Below are positions 39,742 to 52,367 of a stretch of DNA of 64,000 bases, piece after piece. Source of the DNA: Camelus dromedarius. Its lineage: Eukaryota. Location of the stretch: NCBI RefSeq assembly GCF_036321535.1, contig NC_087438.1, positions 7,380,001 to 7,444,000 of the forward strand, given 5' to 3'. The notes below the pieces were generated by a model. That model was not told the DNA's origin. It did not search any database and saw nothing but the letters and a program-made list of their open reading frames with translations. How positions within the stretch are numbered: the stretch's first letter is position 1; each line of letters starts with the position of its first letter. A program made the translations under genes and the position numbers.

Positions 39742-39878
39742 CACTGATACTCAAGTGTGGTCAGAATTGCTGGCAGCATGGCATCACCTGGGAGTTTTTT
39801 CCCAAATGCAGTCTCCCAGGCCCTCCCGGACCTACAGAACCAGGATCTGCACTGTAAGCCAGTCTCGGTGATTGGCAT
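39742..39878 (+). mobile_element. MER5A1-like hAT DNA transposon, split by an L1 (remnant at about 40294-40316)
   Basis: TACTCAAGTGTGGTC...GCAGCATGGCATCACCTGGGAG...AAATGCAG...GACCTACAGAACCAGGATCTGCA. Confidence 0.7.
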
Positions 39879-40285
39879 TGTTTTAATTGAAGTACAGTTG
39901 ATTTACAATGTTGTGTTAGTTTCAGGTGTATAGCAAAGTGATTCAGTTTTATATATATATATATTCTTTTCCAGATTCTTTTGCATTATAGGTTATTACA
40001 ATATATTGATTATAGTTCCCTGTGCTGTACAGTAGGTCCTTGTTGTTTATCTATTTTATATATAGTAGTGTGTATCTGCAAATCCCAAGCTCCTAATTTA
40101 TCCCTCTCCCCCACCCCTTTCCTCTTTGGTAACCATGGTGTGTATATATATACACACACACACCGCATCTTTATCCATTCATCTGTTGATGGACACTTAG
40201 GCTGTTTCCATGTCTTGGCTATTGTAAACAGTGCTGCTAAGAACATTGGGGAGCATGTATCTTTTCAAGTTAAAGTTTTCTCCAA
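39879..40285 (-). mobile_element. L1 3' end with an internal deletion of about 210 bp
   Basis: Aligns to the L1 at 16509-17483; ORF 40010-40246 begins MFLAALFTIAKTWKQPKCPSTDEWIK (ORF2 end); TSD ATTGGCAT at 39871-39878 and 40286-40293. Confidence 0.9.
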
Positions 40286-42635
40286 ATTGGCATGTACTCT
40301 TGCTGGAAGAGCTCTAGAACATTATTCTTAGAGCAGAAAACAAGCTTAGTGGCCAAAGATGGCAGGCTTAGGTTGATCACAGGATCCTGGACAAGTCACA
40401 TGATCTTTCCATCCTCAGTTTCCTCCAGATCCCCGTACAGAAAACAAGGATGCTGTCTGTGAGGCTAGCAGCACCTTAGGGAGCGTCTAGGCAGAAAGAA
40501 CCAGTCATGTACACAGGCAGTGTGTGCCATGTCCTGGGCACTCAGTGACTGGACCTGTTGTTAATGTGGGGGAACTGACCTCAAGATGGGGTTTCCAATA
40601 CTGCTGCTTCCATTTTAGCCAGGGGAAAAGGAGCCAGTTAAATGTCTAACCAAGGAGGAGGGGTCAAGAAAACGGTGTGTCCACTTGGTTTACAAAAGGT
40701 GTTGTCCTTTTGTAAGCATCACAATTAGTTAAGAAGGTGGATCTCAAGTTAAGTGTTTATAGCGCCAGGAAGGTGGCAGCTGGGCCACGGGTGCAGGTAA
40801 AGCAAGGCGGGAGGGTGAGGAGGGGTGGGGCAGGGGCTGCGGCCACATCCAGTGCATCTTGGAAGCACCTTTGACTACAGGTAGGTGGAGGCCGAGATGC
40901 TCGCTGCCTCAGGAAGAGGAACAGAGGCAGTCTGGGGCTTGGAAGAGGATGAGCAGGGTCTAGACTCGTGACTGGTGAGGAAGGAGGGTATCCCAAAGGG
41001 GGCAGGGATGGCTACCATGCCAGGGAGTCGGCACACGCCCTCTTTCTTTCCCCAGCACCTCCCGTGACTACCAGTTAGTGCCAAGAGCCCCCGGGGTTGG
41101 GGTGTGGGAGCCCTCCTGCATCCCGGGACTTTCAGGCCTGATTCTGTCCTGATGTTCTGCTGTGAACAAGCAGCCACAGGGGGTTCCCGAAGTTCCCTTC
41201 CATTTCTGCTTCTCCTCGACGGCGTCACGCCAGGCCTCCCAAAGGGCCTGGCCTCCCCATTCCTATCAGGAGGATCAGGCTGTATTGCTTCCTTCCAGGC
41301 CTTCCAGCTTTTGTATATGAAAATACAAGTCCTGTGCTACAAATAGCAGCAGGGACAGAGCCCTGGGACAGTTTTGAAGCTGTGCGTCAGGCTTTCTTTC
41401 CCTGATCTTAGGCGACCGGCAGGTTTCTAGGAAATGAATTCCACTTACAGTAACGCCGTGTTTCTGGGAAATGCGTCTCCCCGCTGAGCCTCCGCTTCAG
41501 AGGATCCAGGTCTTTGCGGGGCCTGCTCACCCGCAGTGGAAAGGGACACAGGAGCACCGTGGAGCCGGGAAGGAGTGGCTTTGGTGCGTCATGTCACCGC
41601 ATGCCCTCCTCTGTTGGGGGGTATGGCTAGAAAAGGCCACCTCTGAGGTCCCCAGGCTCACCCTCCATGCTCTGTGATGGATGGGAGGTACCTACTGGCC
41701 CTCCCCTGTGCCCCTGGCAGACTGGGACGGCGGGTCCCCCTACCTAGGAGAGCCGCTCCTGTGTCGGGGCCACACATGAAGTGTCACCTCAGAGAAGCGG
41801 AAAGGCCCACAGACCACAGAATTCCTCCTTTAGCAGAATCTGGAAACCCTACTTTGGAGGAGTGCTGTTGTGCTAAGTTACAGGATCTGGGGCACATCCA
41901 CTGGGAGGGAAGTTTTTGCCCAAACGTAGTCGCTTAGGCTGGGTTCTCCTATCACACGAGAGAGCTGCCACCCAAGGGGACCCGGGACTGACGCATCTTC
42001 TAGGCAGGTTTTTGGGAGACAGGAGAGCCTGCGACTGGGGAGGGCCCATTGCGGGAGGGCCTGCAGTGGGTGGGGGCAGACTGTCTCCACGGCCACACAT
42101 GGAAAGCAGAGTAAACACATTTCTTTAAAAGTTCAGTTACTTAAAGTGCACCAGGGAACCTATGGTGGATTTGTTTATAATCGAATTAATTATTTAAAAA
42201 TGTCGTTTGGTGTAAACAAATCTAAATTCTTTGGGTCTGTTTAACATGAGGTGCAAGTGTATTGAGTTAACTTAAAAAAAAAAAAGCCCGCAAAATCTTA
42301 TTTCATTTATTAAAGGCAGTGACTTAACAGTGATTCTTCTAATGACACTATTGGGTCCAAGAATACTATTCAATTATTTTTTTTAAATTACCTAATGTGA
42401 ATTCAATTGAGGGGTCTTTGAAAGAAACTAGAAACTTACCAAGTTTTTGTTTACATCTAGCAAGTTCCATCTGTCAATCTGCAAATGCCTTGATTTCAAT
42501 GTAAGTGTTTTAGCAAATACATGGAGGCCGTGTTTCCTTATCAATGACATGGGTACTTTAGGAAGAAAAGTCAGTGTAAGAAGGAAAAAGACTTTTCCCA
42601 AAGAAATGGAAATTCCTGAATGTTTGCTATTAAAA

Positions 42636-42950
42636 TGTGTTTTGGTCCCTTTGGGCTCCTGTGACAGGACACTGCAGACTGGGCGGCTTAGAAGCAACAG
42701 ACACTTATGTCCCTCAAGTCCGAGGTCAGGGCCCTGCAGATTCAGTGTTTGGTGAGGGCGCAATTCCTGGTTCACAGACCGCCGTCTTTTCTCCATGTCC
42801 TCGCCAGACAGAATGGGGGAGGGAGCTCCGAGGGCTCTCTTTATAAGGACCCTCATCCACCCTCAGGACCTAATCACCCCCTGGTACCATCACACCTGGG
42901 GGTGAGGATTTCAGCATATGAATTTTGGGGGACACGGTTAGTCTGTAGCA
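42636..42950 (-). mobile_element. MaLR solo LTR (MLT1A-like)
   Basis: AGACTGGGCGGCTTA...CAGATTCAGTGTTTGGTGAGGGC...GGATTTCAGCATATGAATTTTGGGGGACAC. Confidence 0.82.
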
Positions 42951-43392
42951 AAACATAACAAAAGTCGAAGGAATAATTTTAAAAATGCACTTAAAGTATC
43001 TTTCCACCTGCAGAAGAGGTATGTAGTTTTTCAATATTTGAATGGAATTATATGTACATGACTTTCACTCAAAAAATTCCAGAGTCTCTACGTGGAAAGT
43101 CAGATGGGTTTATATACAGATGATCACCATATCTAAAAATAGGGAATTCTGCTATTCTGTGATTTAAAACCAAAGTTTAAATGAATACAATTAAACAATT
43201 AAAAATTAAGTAGTCACAAGGTGCCTAGGAATAGAAAACAAATTTTTAAATTTTTGGGAGACAGGAGAGCCTGCGACTGGGGAGGGCCCATTGCGGCTTT
43301 CAAGTTCTAAGTGGTGGGAAATCTCCAAAGTGCAAAATAAAAGTAACCTGAAAAGGAAATGGAAAAAAATCGATTGTTTTAGAAAAAAAAAG

Positions 43393-43592
43393 TAGTATTG
43401 ATGTATAATTCACATGCTTTACAATTCACCCGTTTAAAGTGTACAGTTCAGTGGTTTTCTGTATATTCAGATACATGTAGGCGTCGCCATGGTCCGTTTC
43501 AGAACACTGTCATCACCTCAGAAAGAAGCTTTGCTATCACCCCGCTGTCCCCTGCCCCCCCAAGCCCAAGCAACCACCAATCTACTTTCTTT
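43393..43592 (-). mobile_element. L1MB-like 3' fragment
   Basis: TATAATTCACAT...CAATTCACCCGTTTAAAGTGTACAGTTCAGTGGTTTT...CAACCACCAATCTACTTTCT. Confidence 0.78.
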
Positions 43593-43783
43593 GTTTACAT
43601 TATTTATAAAAGAGTTTTTATGAAGGATGAACTATACCTTGACATTTTTCTCAGTAGAAGAATACAACTTCACATCACCGCAGGCAGTGCCTGCCAAACG
43701 AAGTGACATATGGGTTCTGTCTTCAAGGGTCTTAACCATAAGTTTCCTATAAATTATGATGTGTGATAAGAAATTACGTTTTT

Positions 43784-43876
43784 GGGTAGGAGGGTACAGC
43801 TCAGTGGCAGAGCATGTGCTTAGCATGCATGAGGTCCTGGGTTCTACCCCCAGTAACTCCATTAAAAAAAAAAAAA
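43784..43876 (+). mobile_element. vic-1-like tRNA-Ala SINE
   Basis: tRNA-Ala body plus poly(A); 16-bp TSD AAGAAATTAC(G/A)TTTTT at 43768-43783 and 43877-43892. Confidence 0.92.
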
Positions 43877-45213
43877 AAGAAATTACATTTTTAAAGAAGT
43901 ATGCAAAGCCCCAAACTTGACCCATTTCCCGGTGAGCTTGGGCCGAGCTGTCCTCTTGTTCACCTCCACCTGGGCTTGCTGACCTGTCGCTGAGGTCCTC
44001 ACAGTGTGTCCCCTGTCCAGCAGTGTCCGCAGCACCTCGGAAACTCTGGGGTGGGGTCAGACTCTGTTCAGCAGTCCCGCTGGTGACCGCATTGACATCT
44101 CCTGTTTAATGTTTCTGTCAACTCAACCTGGGGGCTTTCCCTCCCACCTCGCGCGGCCTGGCTTTCTAGCTGGAGAAGAGGATGGAGGTTGGTGTCCTCA
44201 GTCTTGTCTGGCTCCCCTCCCAACCTTTTTTGCTCCTGCCTCAGAGGGTGACAGCCATGTGGAAGGCAGGGCCAGCCTGGTTTTGACCTTGACTGGGTGT
44301 CCGGGGCAGGGGACTTGGAAAGTGCCCAGTAAAGGCCGTGGATGGACTGTCTGTCACCTCCATCCCTGCCCCTCTGAGCGCAAACCTCTCCCCGAATGGG
44401 TTTCGCCCCCATTCTCCCCTGACCCAGCCCCTGGCCATTGTCACCTCTCACCGCCTTTTCCACCTCTCCCTCTCTGCTGGTTCTTTCCCTTCTTCTTACA
44501 ACATCTTTGGATCTCTTCTGTCATCAAAAACAAAAACAAAACCCCAAACTCCAAGTCAGGCAAAGCTGAAACCCATTTGCCTGCAGGCTCCTGAAGTCCT
44601 CTGCTTCCCAAGGCCGGGGGTGTGTGGGGCTGGTGGTGCCCGCCTGGTACCCGGGGCTCAGCCTCACCGCGGGGCCTGTTCTGCCCTCACTCACTCTGTT
44701 CCTGCAGCTTCTCCGGCTGCCCCAGCACTCAGTCTGCAGCTTCATTGTTGGGTGTCGTGAAAGCACCCATTTCTGGGTCTTGACCTCACCTTCTTGAGCT
44801 CTGATTTCTTCCCTCCCAGTTCACCCACTGGAGCTGCTCATGGCCTTGACAGGGCTCCCTGCACCCTCCCCAGCATTTTGGGCACTATTGTCAGAGTCGG
44901 AAACTGACAGCCCCTCCCCAGAGTGGGTGGAGACGGGGCCGGCAGGCTGTTCCAGGCGTAGGATCGGTACACAGAGCCTCACCTCTCAGCCAGGTGCCTG
45001 TGGTGGAAAACAGCTGGCTGCATGATCTTGACAGTGGCCTGACCTGGGGTGAGAACATCCATTCCCTGAAGCTGGGACCACGCCCACCAAAGCCACCTCC
45101 TGGGACTCCGTGGGTTTCCTGCACACTGCCTACTTCCTGGTCTCCCCTGGGGGCACTGTCTGGTTTCCCTTTGTCCTGAGGCTCTTTCAACCTGCTTATC
45201 CCTCTTTGCTCCC

Positions 45214-45721
45214 TGTGGCGGTTATTTTTGCGCGTTAGCTTGGTTAGGCTAGAACACCTCGCTGTTCAGCCACACTGATCTAGTGCTGTCAGAGTGTTTT
45301 GTGCATGTGGTTAAAGCTAGAGTCAGTTGACTGTAACTCAAGATTACCACTGATAATGCAGGTGGGCCTCATCCAATCAGTTGAAGGCTTTAAGAGCAAA
45401 ACCGGGTTTCCTGGAGAAGGAATTCTGCCTCAAGACTGCAGCATCAGTGGGGAGGGTATAGCTCAGTGGTAGAGCACATGCTTAGCATGCACAAGGTTTT
45501 GGGTTCAATCTCCAGTACCTCCATTAAAAAAAAAAACAACCTAATTACCGCCTCCAAAAAAAATTTAAAAAAGGAAAAAGAAAAAAAGACTGCAGCATCC
45601 GCTCCTGCCTGAGTTTCCAGTCTGCCAGCCCCCAAGATCATGTGAACCAATTCCTTAAAATACATCTCTTTCTGTCTGTATCCCCTGTTGGTTGTGTCTC
45701 TGCAGAATCCTGACTCATGCA
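45214..45721 (+). mobile_element. ERVL LTR (MLT2-like) carrying a SINE insertion
   Basis: GGTGGGCCTCATCCAATCAGTTGAAGGCTTTAAGAGCAAAAC...GAAGGAATTCTGCCTCAAGACTGCAGCATC...TGAACCAATTCCTTAAAAT. Confidence 0.82.
45446..45585 (+). mobile_element. vic-1-like SINE, long form
   Basis: tRNA-Ala body, A-run, AACCTAATTACC, then A tail; perfect TSD AAGACTGCAGCATC at 45432-45445 and 45586-45599. Confidence 0.93.
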
Positions 45722-46089
45722 TTCCTCCTTGGGAATTTTACCTGCTGGCAGAGGCCCTCCCAGCCCAGGCTTGTATAGCTGATGCCAGCTCTCGACAGCT
45801 CTCCTGAGCGACAGGCTTGTCTTCAAGATTGACTGCAGGGTTTCTCCCGCCGACCTCCGAGCAGCTCCTACTTTATGTGTTTGAAGCACAGTCCATCGCT
45901 AACCCCTCCACCCCCCAACTCTTCGGCATTGTTTCTGCTGCTGAGGCTTTTGTGGGTGTGTAACTCATGCAGCCCCAGGGTTCTGTGCTTGAAAGTGTCC
46001 TCTGTGTGTGGTGTGTGCTGCTCTGCTGTTGCTGTCTTGAAATTCTTAAGGATTTTGAACCTGGGGCTCTGTTTTCACTTTGCACTGGA

Positions 46090-46395
46090 ACATACCCTGT
46101 TCCTCTCTCTCTACTGCAAAGCTGTCTCAGATGTCACCTTCCCTGTGAACTCCCGTGTCCCTTGCCGGATGCCTTCTTTCTGACCTTGGAACCTCATCAC
46201 AGTTTGCAACTCATTTTTGAAACTCTGTTCTTCCTGCTTTGTTTTATAATGATTGGTTGATGTTCTCTCTCTGAGCTTGATGAGCTCTGTAAGGAGAGGA
46301 AGGTCCTCAGCATCATTCATTCATTTATGTTCTCTTCAGTTGAGCAGAGTTTGTTCCACATAGTAGGTGGTTTGTACCTGCTTGGTGGATAAAAT
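46090..46395 (+). mobile_element. L2 3' fragment
   Basis: CTCAGATGTCACCTTCCCTGTGAAC...GAGCTCTGTAAGG...CACATAGTAGGTG. Confidence 0.55.
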
Positions 46396-46455
46396 GGGGG
46401 TCCTGTGTTGTCTTGCTGCCAGTTACCCACCCTTGATTTGAAAAGACTTAAAAAT

Positions 46456-47465
46456 ACAGTTTCAGGGCTTAAACACTTAAGTCATTAATCATTTTGAGTT
46501 GATTTTGTGGAAGGGGTAAGATAAGGATTCATTCTTTTATAGATGGATACACAGTTTCCCCAACACCATTTACTGAAGAGACGATCCTTTCTCCACTGTG
46601 TATTCTCAGTGTCTTTGTCTAAAATTCGTGGACCATACATGGTTGAGTTTATTTGGGGGTTCTCTATTCTGTTCTGTTGATCTATGTGTCTCTTTTTGTG
46701 CCCATATGATACTGTTTTGATTACTATAGCTTTGTAATATAATTTGAAATCAGGAAGTGTGATGCTTTCAACTTTGTTCTTCTTTCTTAAGATTACTTTG
46801 ACTATTTGGGGTCTTTTGTGGTTCCACATGGATTTTAGGATCGTTTTTTCTATTTCTGTGAAAAATGCCATTGGAAGTTTGCTAGAGATTGTGCTGAATC
46901 TGTGTATCACTTTGGGTAGCATGGACATTTTAATGATGGTCATTCTTCCAGACTCAAGATATCTTTCCATTTATTTGTGTCTTCTTCAATTTCTTTCACC
47001 CATGTTTTATAGTTTTCAGTGTACAGATCCTCACCTCCTTGGTTAAATTTATGCCTAAGTATTTTTTTCTTTTTGATGCTATTGTAAATAGGATTGTTTC
47101 TTGATTTCCTTTCAAAATAAATCTTGGTTGGTGTAAAGAAATACAACGATTTTTGCATGTTGATTTTGCATCCCGCAACTTTACTGGGCTTTATTCTAAC
47201 AGTTTGTTGGTGGAGTGTTCAGGGTTTTCTATATGTAGGATCATGCCATTTGCAAACAGAGATAATTTTACTTCTTCCTTTATGATTTGGATGCCTTTTA
47301 TTTCTTTTTCTTGTCTGAGAGCTCTGGCTAGTGCTTCCAGTACTGTGTTGAATAGATATGGTGAAAGCAGTCATCCTGGCCTCGTATCAGAAGTTAGAGG
47401 ACAGGCTTTCAGTTTTAACCCGATTATGATGTTAGCTGTGGGCGTCTCATAAATGGCCTTCACTG
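46456..47465 (-). mobile_element. Degenerate L1 ORF2 fragment (RT and downstream region)
   Basis: Minus-strand frames give KAIYETPTANII, KYLGINLTKEV, IIKMSMLPKVIHRFS...FFTEIEKTILK...ITLPDFKLYYKAIVIKT...LFSKWCWGN, in different frames (frameshifted). Confidence 0.93.
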
Positions 47466-47466
47466 T

Positions 47467-47697
47467 GTGAGACTTCTCAGTCCTGGCACTCCTGACATTT
47501 GGGGCTGGATCATTCTTTGTTGTGGGCGGTCCTGTGCATTGTAGGATGTTGAGCAGCATTCCTGGCCTCCACCCGTGAGCTGCCAGTAGCACACCCACCC
47601 TGCCCCAGTGTGACAACCAAAAATGTCTTCAGATGTTGCCAAATGTCCCTTGTGGGGAGGTGCAGGTACAAAACCACTCCCTGGTTGAAGATTACTG
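47467..47697 (-). mobile_element. MER20 hAT-Charlie DNA transposon
   Basis: GACATTTGGGGCTGGATCATTCTTTGTTGTGGG...TGCATTGTAGGATGTTGAGCAGCAT...GTGACAACCAAAAATGTC...TTGCCAAATGTCCC. Confidence 0.88.
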
Positions 47698-49947
47698 AAA
47701 TAGAGAATAAGGCAGCAAAATTGCTCGAGTTGTGGCCATGAGAGCCTTCTTCCATGGACGACTTCCTGAGGTTATTGAAGGGCCTAGGTTATCTGGCAAG
47801 CCTGGTGACTCTCTTCTGCCTCTTCTCACTAAAAGTTCTGTCAGGTGTTTTTTTAAAAAGAATTTACATGGCGTAGCAGGAAAATTGTATGTGCCAGCTC
47901 CTCCGAGATGCTCTGATTCCATAAAGTGAGAGAAGTCTATAATTAGAATTCCCAGCACTGTAAACACTTCTCAGTTTCTTATTTGGAGTGTTTGTTGTCA
48001 GAATCTTAACATTTGACTGTATTTTCCTTTTGAGAAACACTCAAAATTGGACAAGTAGTGCTTTTAAAAGTGTAATAGGAGGAGGTTCGCCCCAAAAGGC
48101 ATGACGCATCTGCTCCAGATGTCACCAAGTCTGCCTTTCGTGATGATCGCTCCACCTTATCCAGAGCCAGGAGGACCTTGGAGGCGGCACCACACACTCA
48201 GTAGACATTTAATTGATAACGAAGATTATGAGCAGCCAGAGATGACAATCGCGTGCCCAGCGAGACCGCGTGCTGCGCACTCTACTAAGAGAACAAGCGG
48301 ACCCTGAGCTGTAGCTCCTCCTTTAAAAAGAAATATCACCAAAAGTGTGTGCCCGGCACCGGGCACTGTTCTAGGGACCAGAGTGCTGAAAAAGATGGAA
48401 AGTCCACTGAGATGGCGCTCGCGGGCTTCTGGGGAGGAGACGCGGGGGAGCAGGCCGGGCGTGGGTTACGCGGGGCAGGTCCCTCCGCACCGAGGAGGGG
48501 GCCTTCGAGTACAGACCCCATGGAAGTGAAAGTCTCACTGCCTGGCTGTCTCGGGGACAAGCGGTCCAGGCAGATAGAGCAGGAGGCTCTGAGGTAGAAG
48601 TGCCTGGAATGTTCTGGAACAGCCAGGGGGCCAGAGGGGCTAGTGCAGACTGAAGCGGGGGAGCCTTCAGGAGAAGAGGTCAGAAGTGACTGGTGGTGAC
48701 CACCCAGAGACAGAAGGACAGGCCTGGGCAACGAGTGAGAGCAGAAGGAAAAAGACCCTTCGTCTCAGAAGTGAGCGTTGTAGTCGCGGGTCCCTGAAAG
48801 TCGGTGCTCTTTCAAGAGGACAGAGGGTTCCAGGCCGGAGGTGTGAAGGACTGGTATGGTGAGCTTGCCTCTTCCGTTGTCCTTGACCGGACTGCGGTCT
48901 TTTCCGTATTCATGTAACTGAATCAGGTGTTTCATAGATGCACACAGCTTTGGAAAATGAGGTCCCCGGACACTGTCTGTGGAGCGGGAGGCTTCGCTCT
49001 TGTGAAAGGAGACCCGTAAAACTAGAAACCATCTCTTGTGGGGCTGGTGGCTTCCTCTGTCACCCACCCCTGCCTGGCTGCCAGGAGGCCTCCCTGCCTA
49101 ACAGGTGTGCTGGGCGCCCCCTTGGAAGAGGAGGTGCTGGGCTGTGGGGTTTGAGGGGTTTCCATGCAGGGCAGGGTTAAGGGCACCAGATGGGGAGCAT
49201 ATCAAGCCGAGAGAGATGTGGTTCTGGGGTCAGAGATACAGGACTGCACCTCTGAGCACCTCCTAGCACTGCCAGGCCCACCCACCTCCTTCCTCGCCTG
49301 CACAGACTCACCCATCCATCCTCCATCCTTCTCACACCTCCCCGATGCCTTTTCTGCACCAGGCTTTCCACCGGAGCCTGGAGGCCCAGAGAGGGACACG
49401 TCCTGGGGGCTCCATCCTCAAGGAACTGACAGATGGCAACGTGAGTCTTATGCGTTTTCCATCAGCTCCGGTCAGTACCGAGCTGAGAGGTACAGCTGAT
49501 TTTCGAGCAATGCAGCGTTGCAGCTCCACCCCACTGAGCAGTTGAAAATCCGTGTGCTGCTGTCTGCCTCCAAAACGCAGGAACTGATGGATGACTCACC
49601 TGAGGGCAGGCGGCTGAAACAGCCTGGAGAGAGGACTCGAGTCCCAGTTCTTTTGCTTCCACAAATTGTGATCACTGATTGAACAGAAACTTTCCCCCAC
49701 ACTTTGTTAATTTAAAGATCTGTTAAAGTGAAAGTACAGGTATTATGTCAATAGAAAAAAGTACGTGCATAAGTGGGCCCGTGCAGCTCAGACTCCGGTG
49801 GGAGGGTCAGCGGCATCTCATTTTTCTGTGATGTGACAGGAGGAAATAATGCAGCTGCACATGAAGGAGAAGGAAAGGGCCAGTGCTGCCCCAACGGCCA
49901 GCGGTGTTCTGCCTGGTTGGAAGTCATTGTTTAAATCTGATATGCTG

Positions 49948-50080
49948 AAAGGGGAGGGTATAGGTCAAGTGACAGAGTGCATGCTTAGCATGCATGGGGG
50001 CCTGGGTTCAATCCTCAGTACCTCCTCCAAATATAAATAAACCCGATTACCTCTCCCTCATAAAGAAAAAAGAGAAAAAA
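49948..50080 (+). mobile_element. vic-1-like SINE, long form
   Basis: tRNA-Ala body, AACCCGATTACCTC, A tail; TSD AAATCTGATA(TG/CA)CTG at 49933-49947 and 50081-50095. Confidence 0.9.
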
Positions 50081-50128
50081 AAATCTGATACACTGTGAAG
50101 ACACCATGTGTGGGGGTCCCTATGACCC

Positions 50129-50151
50129 TGTGTGTGTGTGTGTGTGTGTGT
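50129..50151. repeat. (TG)n microsatellite
   Basis: Perfect TG run of about 11 units. Confidence 0.9.
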
Positions 50152-51599
50152 AATGCTTTCTAATCTCTATTTTCCATCCAGTTCGTAACAACATTAGGCC
50201 AACAGGATGGCTCTCACCTTCAGTCTTTTCATGCTTAGCTTGTGTGTGTCTGTTATCTTAATGCATCACTGAGGAAGTTAATTGCTATTGGTCTCCTGTA
50301 GTCAGAGCAGATTCAAACACGGAAAGATCTTTTCATGGCAAAATGCGGGCCTTTTCCAATACATTTACATTTACCAGGACCTTATTCACGTGTTCCTGGC
50401 TCCCAGCCACACTGTGTGCTTGGCTAAGAGGTGAGGAGAATCTTTTGCTATCTGAATTTCAAGGGGCAATGAAGTTGGGGTACATGGAATTTTCGCTGTG
50501 GCAGGTGTTTCTGGTTTCCGTGATCTGTAAAGGCTCTCCTGGATAGAGCTTGATTCTTCTCTGTGAATGATCATTTCCCTCTCTGATCCTTTCTCCTTTA
50601 CTGTGACATTGAACAGTAGTATTTATTAGATTTTTTTGCTACCTCCAATAGAAATACGTAGGTGTAGAAAATGAAAAAAAAAAACAAACAAAGAAGGAAA
50701 TGAAAACAAGTCACCTACACTAGTGGTACCTGGAGATCATGAAGTTAACATTGATATGATCTGTCTGTCTATCACCAAAATTTGTCTTATAAGTACAGTT
50801 TTTGGAGCCTGCTTTTTTCACTTACGAGCATACTCTGAGCTCATTTCAACATGTAAAGTATTTTAGAATCTTGATTTTCAAAAGTCATTTCATTACCCAT
50901 CATCATTGATTTTGTCATTTGGAGGCATTTTGTTGGTTTCTGAGATTTTGCTGTATAAATAATGCTCTGATGAATGAATGTCTTAGTGTGTCTTCTCCTG
51001 GCACGCGGGGCATCCCCTGTTAGATCAGCTCTTAGAATGTGTATTACCAGGCTGAGGAGTATGAGTCTTTCAAAGGCTGTCTCGCTATCTAGGAGATTGT
51101 ACTGATTCCTCCTTCCACCAGCAGGGTTGGAAACTGCTGTTTAGCCGTATCTTCTTCATGTGACATATTAATTATTAAAAATGTTGAAATGGCTTATTGG
51201 TCTTTGAAACATTAAAAGCCATACATGCTTATTGTAAATATTCAGATAACATAGAAAGGCAAAATGCCAAATACAAAAATCACTGAACTAGAGATAATTC
51301 TTTTTTTTCGGTGTAACTTCAGAGTCATTTTTTATAATGCGATATAAGTAGTCTACATTTTTTCCTTAGCAACTTGTTGAAGACATGTTTTCCTGTCAGC
51401 ACACAGACATCGTTTTTAATTACTGCTATATATTCTGTTTTTTGGATATTTTCATTTTTTTAACCTGTAACTTCCCAGTGGACACTGAGGTTATTTCTAG
51501 TTTGTCATTTATGAGCAGTGCATCATTGATATCTTTGCACATTGATCTAATTGTTTTCTAAGGAAATTGTTGGGTCTTGAGTTTGGATCCACGTCGTGG

Positions 51600-51949
51600 G
51601 TTCTATTATTTTCACAAATAATTCTGTCTTTCCTTGGAGCAGGAGTAGACTTTTGCTCTCTGTAGCATCACACTTGGCTGTGCCACGTGCTCTGGCAAAT
51701 TCAGTGTGAGAAGTGACCTGTGTAACTTTGGTCATGATTTTTAAAACCCAGCATATGATTTGTCACACCCTCTTTTCCCTCTGTGATGAGACTTGTAATA
51801 TTCCAGCTGAAGGAAAAACAAAATGGGAGAGAACTGTAGCCCACGTGCAATGCACATGTTATGTGGGAAAGGAGACATTTGTCATAAGCCATTGAGATTT
51901 GGGGGTTGCTTGTTGCTGCCACACAACCTGACTTATCCTGACTGATGTA
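51600..51949 (+). mobile_element. Old MaLR LTR (MLT1J-like)
   Basis: TAAGCCATTGAGATTTGGGGGTTGCTTGTTGCTGCCACACAACCTGACTTATCCTGACTGAT resembles an MLT1J-type 3' end; left boundary uncertain. Confidence 0.65.
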
Positions 51950-52192
51950 GTACCTGGTAACAAATTGCTGTCTAGGAAGAGTGAACCAGCATATGCTCAC
52001 TAGCAAGATATGAGAATGCCTTTCCTTCCACTTTGCCAAAGCTAATTATTTTCACTTTCTAATCTTTTCTAACTCATGGTCAAAAAGTGATACCTCATTT
52101 TAATATGTGCATCTTTGATGATTAGTGAGGTTCAAACATGTTTCATGTAACATGTTTCATATAACATGTTTACTAGCCTTTTAGGTTTCTTT

Positions 52193-52367
52193 CTTTTTTT
52201 AATCGAAGTATAGTCAGTTTACAATGTTGTGTCAATTTCTGGTGTGCAGCATAATGTTTCAGTCATACAGTTACATACACATATTTGTTTTCGTATTCTT
52301 TTTCATTATAGGTTACTACAAGATATTGAATATGGTTCCCAGTGCTACACAGTAGAAACTTGTTGTT
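52193..52367 (-). mobile_element. 5'-truncated L1 3' end
   Basis: GAAGTATAGTCAGTTTACAATGTTGTG...TTCATTATAGGTTACTACAAGATATTGAATAT...CTTGTTGTT; TSD GGTTTCTTT at 52184-52192 and 52368-52376. Confidence 0.9.

Noticed and set aside
46485..46970. 161-aa reverse-transcriptase-related ORF as a functional or domesticated gene
   Set aside because: Part of a frameshifted L1 ORF2 fragment; the catalytic FADD motif upstream reads FANG.
49110..49130. CTCF-like word (reverse TTCCAAGGGGGCGC); a similar weak one near 29848-29864
   Set aside because: Only the 3' half of the core matches and it cannot be supported without PWM or ChIP data.
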